64,000 nucleotides of DNA from Pelomyxa schiedti (taxonomy: Eukaryota; Protista; Evosea), in NCBI GenBank assembly GCA_020536535.1, contig JAHLWZ010000813.1:1-64000 (forward strand), read 5' to 3'. The notes beneath the pieces are model-generated. The model saw only the letters and a program-made list of their open reading frames with translations, had not been told where the DNA came from and made no database searches. A program made the position numbers and the translations under genes. Each line of letters begins with the position of its first letter. Position 1 is the first letter of the stretch. Positions 35,353-47,054 of this stretch are shown piece by piece.

Positions 35353-36746
35353 ATGCAACCTAACGAAACCGCACCTCCACCGCCACCGCCTCCGCCACCG
35401 CCTCCACCTCCTCCCTCATCATCGGGCACCTCTGGGCCACCTGAGATGGGTCGGGCAGCCAAAGCTCGCCACGACACCGCGGCAAGCGAAGCAGCTGCCG
35501 CAGCTAGGGAACGAGCCAGCGGGGGTGGAGGAGGCGGGGGCGGCGGCAAGCCGTCGACGGGGAAGACTGCATACACGTCGGTGGAGTCGGCCGCCGCCGC
35601 TATTGTGAAAGCGGCGCCACCGTCGCTGGGCGGTGCTTTGGGGAGGCAGATTGTCTACTTCAACAGAAACAAGTTTAGTAGTTTCCCTCTACTGGCTTCC
35701 CTGTTTGACTTTGTTGACCTGAGATTTAAAATTAAAAAAAAACCACACAAACAAAAAAGGTTACATGAAGTGGATCATCATATTCTTGGAGAGGATGTAC
35801 ATGTATCAAAAGGGAGGCAGTGCTACGGACTGCAAGGTGCCTAGAGTTTACTTACACCTGTGAATTTACCCTTCCGTTGCAAACATAGATGATGAAGACA
35901 AAACTGAGTACTTTGATGAACCTTCCGTAGTCGATGAAAAATGCCGTACACTAGCGCAGTGGGTTCATGCCTCGCATTATATGATGGCATACACTGGTGC
36001 TGGTATTTCCACCAGTGCAGGCATTCCTGACTTTAGGTCGTACTTGTCGTGGCCAGTGATGGAAGTTGATAAATTATTACAGGGGCCCTGAAGGAGCATG
36101 GACAGCTTTGTCAGAGGGGCGTAAAGTCAAAAAAACTGGAAAAATGACGGATATGGAACCTACTAAAGCACACCAAGTTCTGGCATCTCTATGTCGCCAA
36201 GACATACTAAAGTATCTCGTTACTACAAATGGAGGTTCTTGATCCACTCTTGTTAGAGCTTCTTTTCCTAAGTAGCATTGTATCACAGATGGACTCCACC
36301 TGAAATCCGGAATTCCTCCAAACAAACTCTCCGAACTGCACGGCAGTCTATACAAGTTCCGCTGCCGCACATGCAACACACAGTTGATCCACATGTTTGA
36401 AAACGGTGCGAGCCGGCCGGACTTCTGCTCCTGTGGTGGAATTCTGTGGTCCACAGGAGTAGGATTCGGAGACAACCTCCCTCAAGACGAGTGGGAACCC
36501 GCAAAGTCCCACTCCACTCACTGCGATTTGGCTCTCGTTCTGGGCACTTCTCTGAGAGTATCACCAGCCTGCAACTTGGTAGAGCACTCGTACAAGAACG
36601 GAGGGCACTTGGTTATTGTAAACCTTCAAACCACACCCTATGACAAGTATGCCCAGCTTGTAATCCGTGCTAGAACCGACGAAGTCATGGCCAAAATGGA
36701 GGCTGAGTTGGCCAAACTTGTATCACCACCCACATCCAGCTCTTGA
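35353..36746 (+). CDS. NAD-dependent deacylase sirtuin (SIRT6/7-like class)
   Basis: TEYFD, YTGAGISTSAGIPDFR|GPEGAWT, TTN|VDGLH, ELHGS, CRTC..CSC, VLGTSLRVSPAC and IVNLQTTPYD. Confidence 0.92.
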
Positions 36747-36850
36747 TGTAGATAGACATAAACACATAAAGTTGGTCTTTAATTAGCACATGATCCCCAC
36801 TTCCCGTAACTGATGAAACAAGGGGAAAAAAAACAAAAAAGCCCAACCCG

Positions 36851-37763
36851 ATGGTACGAAATACCACGAAATACCCCCTATTCACAACTCAACAAGGACG
36901 CAGTGCACCCCGTGGCTAGGTTGGGATTCGGCTCCAACGCCGACGTGTACGACCGCGGCCGGCCCGAGTACTCCCGCGCCGTGATCCAGGCGCTCTGCGA
37001 CTCCATCGTCCCCGGCCGCCCCGGCTCCGACACCACCGGCACTCCGCCGCACCCGGCGGTGCGAGTGGCCGACATTGGCTGCGGGACCGGGAAGCTGACT
37101 CGAGCCATCCTCGCGTGCCTGCCTCCCGCAGCCAGCGTGGTGGCCATCGACCCGTCAGCGGCGATGCTGGAGCAGTTTATGCACTCGACTACGGGATATG
37201 GCGAGAGCGGGAGCGGGAGCAGGTGCGTGGCTTCGCAGGGGACCGCGGACCGCACCGGGAGAAGTGACGCCGAGTTCGACGCCGTGTTTGTGGGGCAGGC
37301 GTTCCACTGGTTCGCGAACGAAGCTGCCATAACTGAAATGCGCCGCATACTTCGCCCGTCGGGCCTGTTGGCCCTTGTGTGGAACCAGGACGACGAGGAT
37401 TCGGCAGAGTGGATTCGCGGTCTTCGCGCTTTGACCGATGCTCACTTGGACCCCGCTATTGTCCCACAATTCAGGTCTGGTGCTTGGCGCGCTGTGTGGC
37501 GTGGTGCGGCCGCTGCAAGGCTCTTCGCTCCCATAACTGAGACCGTACACCGCGGCGCTCTTGTGCACAGGCTTACAAGGCCACAGTTATGGGATAGGGT
37601 ACAAAGCCGATCATACATCAGCGTCCTTCCTAGTGACAAGAAAGAAGCCCTGAAGCGAAGCATTGACGAGCTTCTCCTTAGTGTCTTTGGTGCTGACACT
37701 GGCAAAATGCTAGAGATACCAATCAATACAACTGTAGTTACAACCCGTGCACTTTCTTGTTGA
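36851..37763 (+). CDS. SAM-dependent class I methyltransferase (type 11-like); ATG-only first coding exon
   Basis: YDRGRPEY, VADIGCGTGKLT, GQAFHWF and ILRPSGLLALVWN; ATG 36851-36853 is followed by a 43-nt GT-AG intron (36854-36896). Confidence 0.88.
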
Positions 37764-37895
37764 AAGGTGGGTGGATATCCACCAACCAACAAATAAAGCT
37801 TGAGTTTCTTCAACTCCCAGACCGACATTTGTAAAAATGGATCAAAGGTGCCAGTTTTCCCGGCGCCTAAGTTGGTCTTGCAGGAACGGCGTCAG

Positions 37896-39841
37896 CTACT
37901 CGGCGATTTGGTGATGGCGTTTTGTGGCGAAGTGCTGGTTTTCATTTTGATTAAGGGCATAAGCAGGTATAGGCCGGTCAAAATGCGTTTCTGTCTGGGC
38001 ACCATTGAAAGTAGTACATTCTAAACAACAAGGTTGATGCTTGATTTATTTGTACTGAATTGACCAAAGCATGCAGAACATAGACTAAATACCAACCAAG
38101 GAACAAGAAGAGCAAATGCCGGTATGAAAGAACTGGAGCTGTTCTTCAAGAAGTTTCCGCTGTTCTTTTCGTTCTAAATGATATATTAGTGCTTCTGGTG
38201 ATGCCACGTAGAGGCCCTTTTAAGGGTATGGCTACTGAGAGGGAAGTCATCATCGAATGAGTAATGCAATCAATTTGGAGGACTACTGGCAACAAGCTTG
38301 AGTAACCTTCACTCTGTGATCACTATCTACAGCAATTACCTGGCAAATCGGAAGTTCTTGTCCGCGAGCAGGAATGACTTGTTGACATGAACCTGCATGT
38401 TTGCTCCCTGTGTATTTACTCACAGTACTTTATCACAAGGGGCCTTCCGGAAGACTCTTCAGAATCCTCCCCTCTGGCAATTGTATAAGTATGTACACTC
38501 ATCAGGTTTGGGTTGGTTCCTTTTACACCCACCTTCATAGGAACAATGCTGTCTTCTTATACTGGAATTGAACATTTCAGCATTCCCGGTGACAGTGGCT
38601 TTTCCGGTGTAGCAATGCAGAGAGGAAGCCCTCTACGCAAAGGAACTGTCTCCTGTAAACGTGGAACGAATTGCTTCCTTGAGAACAGTGCAAATTAAAT
38701 GCTGGATGGATTCTAGGGAAAAGCAGAAGGCCAGACCCACTCATCATTCCATCTTAGTGACTACAACCCCTAAACTGCTGTGTGGAGCAAGCTTCTGTAA
38801 GCTACTACTTCGAGAATAAATGAGAGGTTTCCGAATTATTGTTGGACCCCGTGGCCAACAACATCGCTGTGGGTCATGTTGGCCCCCACAATGCTTTTTC
38901 CTTCTCCTTTATTGTGAAACCATCAAAGAGTAACAACCTTAAGTGGGGTTTTTCTTCCTCGGATTGGGCTCTCGATCTCGACCCTCAGGTGTCGTAAGAA
39001 CAGTTCTCACAATCACCAATGCCCCCACCCCTGAGTGCACCTGCTTGTACCTCCTTTTTTTTTCTCTTTTGTGCTACTGACCCAGTTGCAAAAATTTCGA
39101 TATTTTTTCTTGGGAAACATTTAAAAGCGCGATTAAAAGCAAAAAACATAATAAACCAAACAAATCAAAGCCGGCAACAACACGGTGGGCGGGTGCATGC
39201 GTATGTGTTTCCTGTATTTGCTTATCGCGTTTTCCTACATGGTTTTTGTTTGTTTTTGTTTTGGTTTTGGTTTTTGTTTTGGTTTTTCCCCAGTGGTTGC
39301 TTGTTGTTTTCTTACATTCTTGTGGTGTGAAGGTACAAAATCCTCCTGCGCTATTGCCTCACACACTGTTGACTTGCAGCATTGGCAGTTGTTCAAAATT
39401 CTAATCTCTATGAAAGAAGAAGAAGGCTGCTCTCTCTGAATCTTCTGTGTATATTTTCTCTTGGTTAATTACTTTCGAAATTTAACCCTATAACCCTCTC
39501 TAATTTTACTTAACATTTCTCAATTTCGTTCCATTTCATTATTATTATCATCGGGGGAGAATTTATACCTGGATTTGACACCTTGGGATATCACATTGTC
39601 ATACTTTGGATTATTGGGATTATATCTTCTCGATTTCTGCTTGCTCTCTCACTGGGAACTCTCCAATTCTCCTTCCTTCCTGGCGGAAAAACTGGAAGAA
39701 GAAGTTGGTGTTCTGTGCTGGCCGCTTAACTGCTTTAGGCTGGGGAACACCAACTTCTCTCTGGTTCGAAACTGGGGATGATGGAGTCTTGGAGAGATGG
39801 TGGATGTGGTAGTCTGGCGAATTGTGTTCTATGCTGGCCAT
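37896..39841 (-). CDS. Hypothetical multi-exon protein (5' end uncertain)
   Basis: Spliceable exons, e.g. QVIAVDSDHRVK|GLYVASPEALIYHLERKEQRKLLEEQLQFFHT; no family recognised. Confidence 0.35.
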
Positions 39842-40034
39842 TTATAGGCTGGGGAACACAGGGCACGTTGTCGTGACCCACATTGTTATCGTGGTGTGCT
39901 TGGAGAATGTGGACCAAGTTGGCGTGCGTGGTTGCTGCCGTTGAAAGGAAAACACAAACGAAATTTTCAAACAAAAGAAATGCGAATCGTTTTTTTCTGA
40001 AACCGACCGGGAAAAACGATATAACTAAGACAGG

Positions 40035-40424
40035 ATGCCAACAATGTGCAGATCAAATGCGGCAGTCGGTTGTGTAGCAACTTGCCTGACTGCTGTGCCT
40101 CCTCAACGTAGCAAAGAGATTACGTGGACTGGCACAAATTTCATAGTAGGAATGGATATCAGGGCTGGTGACTCCTTGAACCTCAGTCTGGTGTCCGGAG
40201 CTCCGTCTTTTGCGTGTGGATATGCCTGCTATGCTCACCCTCACGTGCACATCCTAATTATGGGAATGCCCCACTACAGTACACGTACCAGCACAACAAT
40301 AGTTACAAGTGGTGGAGATTGGAACACAAGGCTCGGGAAGCGGTGTGACTTTCGAAGTTAGTTCGGACCTACATTGGGCTCTTATTTCAGATTTACGGAA
40401 CCATCATTCCCAACAACAACCTAA
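40035..40424 (+). CDS. Small hypothetical protein
   Basis: 108-aa ORF with a plausible terminal intron; no family recognised. Confidence 0.25.
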
Positions 40425-40554
40425 GATTGTGGGTCATCATAACCACTTTCCCGGACAGTTGAAAGCCCTTCTGTCACCTGTTCCTTGATTTAATTCATTT
40501 ACCATCATTTTTTTATTTTGTTGTTAGCCAGATCATACAAATTACTTCTTCCTG

Positions 40555-43500
40555 TCACCCTTCTTCATCATATACACTTGGTTCCGGTTTGGCTGAGCTT
40601 GTTGGCCCTTGTCTGATTGTGTACAAGGTCTTGTATATAACGGCGAAAGTAGGCCGTTTGTTGGCCTCAGAATGCCAGCAGTCTAACATAAGCTTGTACA
40701 CTGCTTCTCCCAGTATATTTTGTGGTTCTTGTTGGAGATATCTGGGAATAGGCATACGATAACCAGCTCTGATTGCTGTGAGAGCCTGTTGGTTTGTCAT
40801 AGCGGGATAGGGTTCTATCCCAAACTCAAATATTTCCCACAGGACTACTCCAAAACTGTATTGGGGAGTTTGTTTTGAGGTTATTTTGTTCTGGGACACA
40901 CCTCCATACATCACTTTTGTCGGTGTAGGTTGCATAGTCGGCTGCCTCTGGAGCAGTCCATTTATATGGGAAATGGACGTGATTTGAGCTCACATAAGCA
41001 TTGGAAGTGACAACACGAGAGAGGCCATAGTCATTGACTTTGGTCGAGTACTTTTCACCATCTCGGGAAACCTTGTGGAATTAAGTATTCCATAATAGAA
41101 AAGAGTATTAAATACTAGACAGTTCCTGGCAGCTAAATCTCGGTGAACAACAGCTTGATCAGAGAGGTACTTCATTCCTGCTGCAGTTCCAAGTGCCATA
41201 TCAAGGAGATCCTTTGTTTTTTGCACTAAATAGAGTATTGTAGGGGGAACAGCTTACATTGAAGGTCATATTCACTCCTTGTCCTCGCAGAAAAACATCC
41301 AAACTGCCTAAAGGGAGGTATTCTCTGTATGCAATAAGAAAAAAGCCTATTGAATTCACAAGGTAGCTCACGTGCAAATAAATCTCCCCTCAGAACTGTC
41401 ATAAATACCATAGAAAAAAACGCAATTTGGGTGTCTGGGGAAATTTTAGATGGATTGGCAAATTGTGAATTAAGACACCTCAAAATGCATAGCATCTTAT
41501 ACTCGGTGAGGAACTCTTGGTCTCCTTCACTAAAAATTTGTTTCATGGCAACTCTAGTGGTATCTGTTTGAGTTTCGATTAACATCACTTTTGATCATTC
41601 AAAAATGCAACCTTGCCAGAGGCCTTCAAATACAGCTCCATGCCCACCATGTGCTATAAGGCGGATGATCTTAATGTCTTTCAGTAAGTATGACTTAATT
41701 GTAGCCGATGGGTCTGATCCCAGATTTGGGGATACTGCAGCTGATGACAACTGTGCAATTGCGGTTTGCAGTTGCTTTCGGGCACCCATCTTGACTCCCA
41801 ATTCCTAAAACCATTAATACTGAATGCATGGGAAGCTGTTACCTTCAAGTCAGCCTCTGTAAGAGAAGGAAGGGTGTCCAATGTTATTTCTTCATCCAAA
41901 AAGGCATTGAGATAGCCAGATAAGTTATGCTTTTCCAACCAGGCAGCCAATTCTTCCTGCTTCTTAGTTTTCAGATCTCTCAATTTTGAGGCTGTATCTG
42001 CTTGAGGTGCTGTGGGGCTAAGCTTTTCAAAGGACTGTGATGATGTCAAAAGAGATGGAATGGGTGGTGTGGGTGCATGCACTTGTGCTGTAGTGGTGGA
42101 AGACGAAGTGTTTGGTTGGGAAGTTGTTGATTGGGGGTTGAACGATGGAGATGTTTCAGATCCAGGTGGCAGTGTAGTTTTCACAAATTCTGGTGCAGAG
42201 TAAGAGACAAAACATAGAAGAAGGAAAACCAAGCGAAATGTGAGCCAGATCGTTGAGGTTTTTCTGTGATTTAAAGTCACTGTCAGAAAATCCAATACCC
42301 CCAAAGACCCATATTGTCCCATCATTCGACTGTGCCGCTATGTGGAAATACCGAGCAGTCTGGAGAGATTCATTACAAACAAGCACCCATGACTTCGTGC
42401 CTTTCAAAAATGAATTCATTGCTTTTTATTTGCACTCTACCTAAGTCATATGCAAGGAGGTCTCCAACTGGATTTTCTTTTGCTCTACCCCCCAATACAA
42501 GAATGAAGTGTGCACCATTAATATTACACAGTATTGCTGAGTGACCTCTTCGCGGGATAAACTCCACAGGTAGTGGAACTGATGTCCATACATTGGTTAC
42601 TGTTGGGAGTAGGTTGGTGAACACAATTGGGAAAAAGAACTTACTTAGATTCAATTCGTGCATTGTGCGACTATTTGCACCAGCAAATCCAGAAATTACT
42701 ATCATTGATGACTGGAAAAGAATTGCAGAGTGGAAGTGTCTTGGTGTTGGCACAGCTCCCACCGTTGAAACACATTCCCAAGTAAAAGTTTCTGAGAGGA
42801 GGAAGAGGAGTGACTATTGGTGGAGATTATGATACATACCTAAATGCAAGCGATATAAATCGTTCATGTATGAGGATCCAAATCCACCAAAGATAAACCT
42901 ATGAACAGTAAAAATGTCACAGTTTGACACTGGAGCTCACATTATACCCTTTCTTACAATTGCGGAATGCCCCCATCTATTCAGTTCATTAGCAATTCAG
43001 AATCAAGGGAAGGTATTGCAACCTCCTTGAAGGGACGTCTCCTTTACAGACTACTTTGTGCCATTTCTTTTTTACTGTTAGTGGGTCAATGAGGAGGGGA
43101 AAAAAAATATAGATATCAAACATTATATATCCTATAACAAAGAGGATGCCAAGTACCAAATGAGTAGCAATATGTGTCATTATTCTGCTGCCCGCAGTCT
43201 ATCCCCCCAAAGATATACATGTCATCTTCCCACACCACTGCCGAGTGGCTATGCCGTGGGGATGGCCCTCCACGAGAAGAAATCTTCTTCCATTTGGCAG
43301 TGCCTTAACAAAATTATGGCTAAAACGATTTTGTGGAGGTCTACTGAAAGTGAACTTATAAAAATCATTGAGATAAATACAATCATCTGGGTACAATGAG
43401 ATTCTCGAAGTTATTTTGAAACTGCTTACTGCTATAGCCACCAAAAATATACATTGAAGGGTCACTACCCCATACTGCAGAGGTATGACAATGTCTGACT

Positions 43501-44661
43501 TTTGGCCAAGGAATTTCTGCTGATGATGGCGGTGTCATATGAGAAAGGGAATGAACAATCAAATCATAATGTTCATTATTACTCAGAGTAAAGGCTTTGT
43601 GAAGAATTAGGAAATGCAACTTCAAAAATGAGGCGTACTACGAAAACATTTAGGGCCGTCTGGATCGGTTCCCGATTGTTTTCGCCAGTTTACTGATGCT
43701 GTTGAAAGAGACGATGAACTTACAGTGGAAGATGCAGATGTACGCAAAGGGGCAGGATCAGAAGAGGCCCGTAATTGAGTTTCTGAAGGGGTGTCATTTA
43801 CATCAGTTTCACCAGAGGAACGATCAGTTGAAGTTAGAAGGAGGTCATGCCGATCAACATTGGCTGATGTGCTGGTTGTGGTGCAAGTGGAATTAGGTTG
43901 TATGGCTTTATCTGTGCTATGATGCAGTTCACCAACATCTCTGGATTCCTTCAAACAAAAGGATTCCATAATTTCACTTGCTGCTGTCACCAAAGTACCA
44001 TTTCCTCCAACGCCTATCCCACCACTAGACCCAGCACTCCCATAAGTGTTACTGCTTATTGAACACAGTGATGTGATGTGTGAGGTGACCCATTGTTCAG
44101 TATCACCGTTTTTACATGAACTTGCCATCATTCTGTTGACGACGATAAGCAACGAACCCATAATTTTGTGAGAGGGAAAAGGTAATTGAACAGGAATAAA
44201 TTTAGTGTGGTGTTCATACTCTGGAAGCACGTGGGTCACATAATTCCACTCTGGCATACTCGCGGATTCGTCGGTGGCGATGACCACGTTAGCAGTTCTA
44301 AACAGTACTATGAATTTGGACCGAGGCATCAACCCATTGTACTGCATCAAAACAAACAGTTTGTCATCCGACTCGGCACTAAGGTAAGACAGTTAGCCCA
44401 GAACCCACAAACCATAAGCCACATACACTACACTGTACTGTGACAGGCGCCCAAACCATGGAACTACAAAAGGGCGCGGCTTCAACCACATCTTTGTTGT
44501 TTCAATGAAAATCAGTCGAAGGGATTACCGGAAAGGTTCAGATGAGGGAAGTGGTTCTTTGGCACAACAACGAGAATGACGTTGACTTTGGTACCTTGAA
44601 TCTTGAATTCCAATAGGTAGAGGGAGGACTCCGTAGTGGTGGGCGAACCAGACAACCACAT
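40555..44661 (-). CDS. Kelch-repeat, SAM and tyrosine-kinase-type protein kinase
   Basis: Kelch ([34 protein letters not shown]); SAM ([33 protein letters not shown]|ELG); kinase [31 protein letters not shown]. Start uncertain. Confidence 0.88.
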
Positions 44662-44716
44662 CGAAATTCCTGTCACAGAAAGCAGATCCAAACGCGAAAA
44701 AGAAACAACAAACAGA

Positions 44717-45596
44717 ATGCAGCAGCAGTGCGGGGCGAGACGTAGTGGATGGGACGTACGTGATGAAGAGGACGTGAAGAGATCTCGTGTGATACGGATG
44801 CTGGGGCTGGCGGTGGGAGAGGCGATGAGCGGGGACATGGTGGACAAGCACGGGGCGGTGGTGGCCACAACGTCGGGCCGCGTCCTGTCCCTGGGTCGCA
44901 ATCGCCCCGTGAATCGCGTAGGAGGTAGCTGCAATGTTACGGTTTTTTGTTTTTGTTTTGTTTTGTTTTTGTTTTGCTTTTTTTCTTCACAGCTAGTTAT
45001 GCTTCTTGGTTTCATTTTTATGAAGTGAAGTACTTTGTAACGTGTCGTAGTATATGCTATTGAATAACTGACAGTGTGTAGGGTGTAATTGCCTGAGCAC
45101 ACACGCTGAAGTGGACGCGCTGTGGCGTCTTCAAGGGGCTTATGGCCAACAACAACAGCAAGAAGAATCGCAAGGTGATTGACCTGTACGTGGTGCATGT
45201 TGGTGGCTGCGGGGAAAGGGGTGGACTTAACAATGGAGCAACATACCAGCGGTGTGCTATGTCAAGACCGTGCTATGGATGCGTAAGGTGTGCTGAAAAA
45301 TGCCACCTTGTTTTTATTATTATTTATGACTGTACAGGTGGCTGAGTGCCTATGGAGTAAAGCGTGTATTCTACAGCGTTGATATAGGCACAGACACGCA
45401 GCACACGCTTTATCACAATGGCGGCACTGTTTCATTGTCATGGCACATGGAAAAGACTAGCACACTCCGGCAGATGGTGGTATGTGGTTCTATCCCCCAA
45501 CCCGTCACTAAACATCACTAGACCTACAAGACAGCCATCCAGAGAGACCTGGGCATCACCCTTTCCCCCAAAAAAACCCCCAAACACCATAACTGA
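44717..45596 (+). CDS. Zn-dependent cytidine/dCMP deaminase-fold protein split by a +1 frame change
   Basis: Frame 0: DKHGAVV..GRVLSLGRN|..STHAEVDAL, stop at 45180-45182. Frame +1: DLYVVHV..MSRPCYGCV|RWLSAYGVKRVFYS..|TYKTAIQRDLG, stop at 45594-45596. Confidence 0.85.
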
Positions 45597-45730
45597 CATA
45601 CAATATACTGTATTGTTTCCTGTTTACTGTAGTGAACCTCTTACAACTTTCTCGGGGTGACTTTGTAAAGAAGGGAAAAGGGAACTTCGTGAAACTCTTT
45701 TAGTATTCCTAGCAGTGCGGAGGGTGAATT

Positions 45731-47010
45731 TTACTCGGAGTCACTGTCTTTTGTGCTTCGTTTCTCCTTCTTTCTTCTCGTCCTGGCTTTGGGAGTTGTG
45801 CAATCGGCACCCACTCCAACTTTTGGGCAGTCGTTGCGCAGAACACATCCAGAGCATGTGGGGTTTCTGGAATGGCAAGTCTTCCTCCCATGTTGAACTA
45901 GAAGCATGTGGAATTTAAACTGCGTAGGTTTTCTGATTAGGCCTATGAAGAATTCAGTTCTTATCTACAAACCTTTATGCCATCAGGAACTATATTTTGC
46001 ATTTCTCTCTGGGTCTGCTCTCGGGACAAGTTCCATGGAACAAGTCCTAGCCGCCTTGATACTCTAGAAAGTTTAGAAGAAGCCGTTTATATAAGGAGAG
46101 GAGATGTTCCTGTGCACATGTGTGTCAACGGGAAAAACATCTCTATTCATTGAAAACATCAAAACGCATGCTGCTGTCTTGGGCCCAACTCCTTTCATCC
46201 CTGTCAAAACTGATGTAGCTTCTTCACTGGACATTTGGCAAAGAGGACGAAGTGTTGGAGGTTCCCCAAATTGCCTTCTAGCTTCTGCTATGGCCTCTTG
46301 TATTGATGCAGCTTTTCTCGTAGCTAGACCACCACATCGAATTGCAGCTTCTATTTCCCCTTGTGGTGCTTTAGCAACAGCATCCCAGGTCGGGAAGAGC
46401 TTTCTTAGAGACGCGAACTGCACAGTAAGGATAGGTTAAACGCAAATGGGAACCAAAGGTATCCCCCAGCCTAAAAGAAAAAACTAAAAAAAAAAAAAGC
46501 TCACAGCGCGGCTGCTATTGACGTCAGTTGTATTCTGTGAGAGTATAGTCAAGACCAAACTATCCAAAGGATCAACATTCTCCTGTTGTTGCAGGGAAAT
46601 TAAAACAAAAAAAACCCAAACAAACAAAATATCCAACAAAAGAAAAACCACACTTCCCCACACAACGTCGCTCCCCTGCTCCCACCCCTACTCCTACCCC
46701 TGCACACCGCACTTCGTTGTGGCTCCCCGTACTTCGTGCATAGAGCACCGCACGCCTCTTCTATGTCCACCCGACTTGTCCGCCCTGTAGCTGTCGCTGT
46801 CCCTCGCACCGGTGCTGCTCCCCTTCCTCGGCGGGGCCGACTGCACCGCTCCTCCTCGCCTGAGCTCCCTCCTGTGCTGGACTCGCCCTCCGAGTAGGAC
46901 GACTCGGATGACGCCGATGACGACGAAGAGCGTGAGCGTGAACTTGACGAACTGCTTCCTCGGTTGTGCGGTGACACCGAGGTGGTGCGGCCCCTGGGTC
47001 GTCGTCGCAT
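45731..47010 (-). CDS. Endonuclease III-like HhH-GPD DNA glycosylase with 4Fe-4S motif
   Basis: DPLDSLVLTILSQNTTDVNS, IRCGGLATRKA, MKGVGPKTAACVLMF, FPVDTHVHR and CHSRNPTCSGCVLRNDC (C-x6-C-x2-C-x5-C). Confidence 0.9.
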
Positions 47011-47054
47011 TCCAATGAGGGTGGGAAAAATGTGGATCAGTTTATTGTCGTTGT

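Noticed and set aside
39736-39859. 15-bp direct repeat taggctggggaacac (39736-39750, 39845-39859)
   Set aside because: No terminal repeats or element between the copies; probably a small local duplication.
45111-45135. 25-nt GT-AG segment (gtggac...ttcaag) whose removal would join the deaminase frames
   Set aside because: Poor donor, shorter than the clearly supported introns here, and it would delete the conserved VDAL after HAE. Judged unlikely but not excluded without cDNA.
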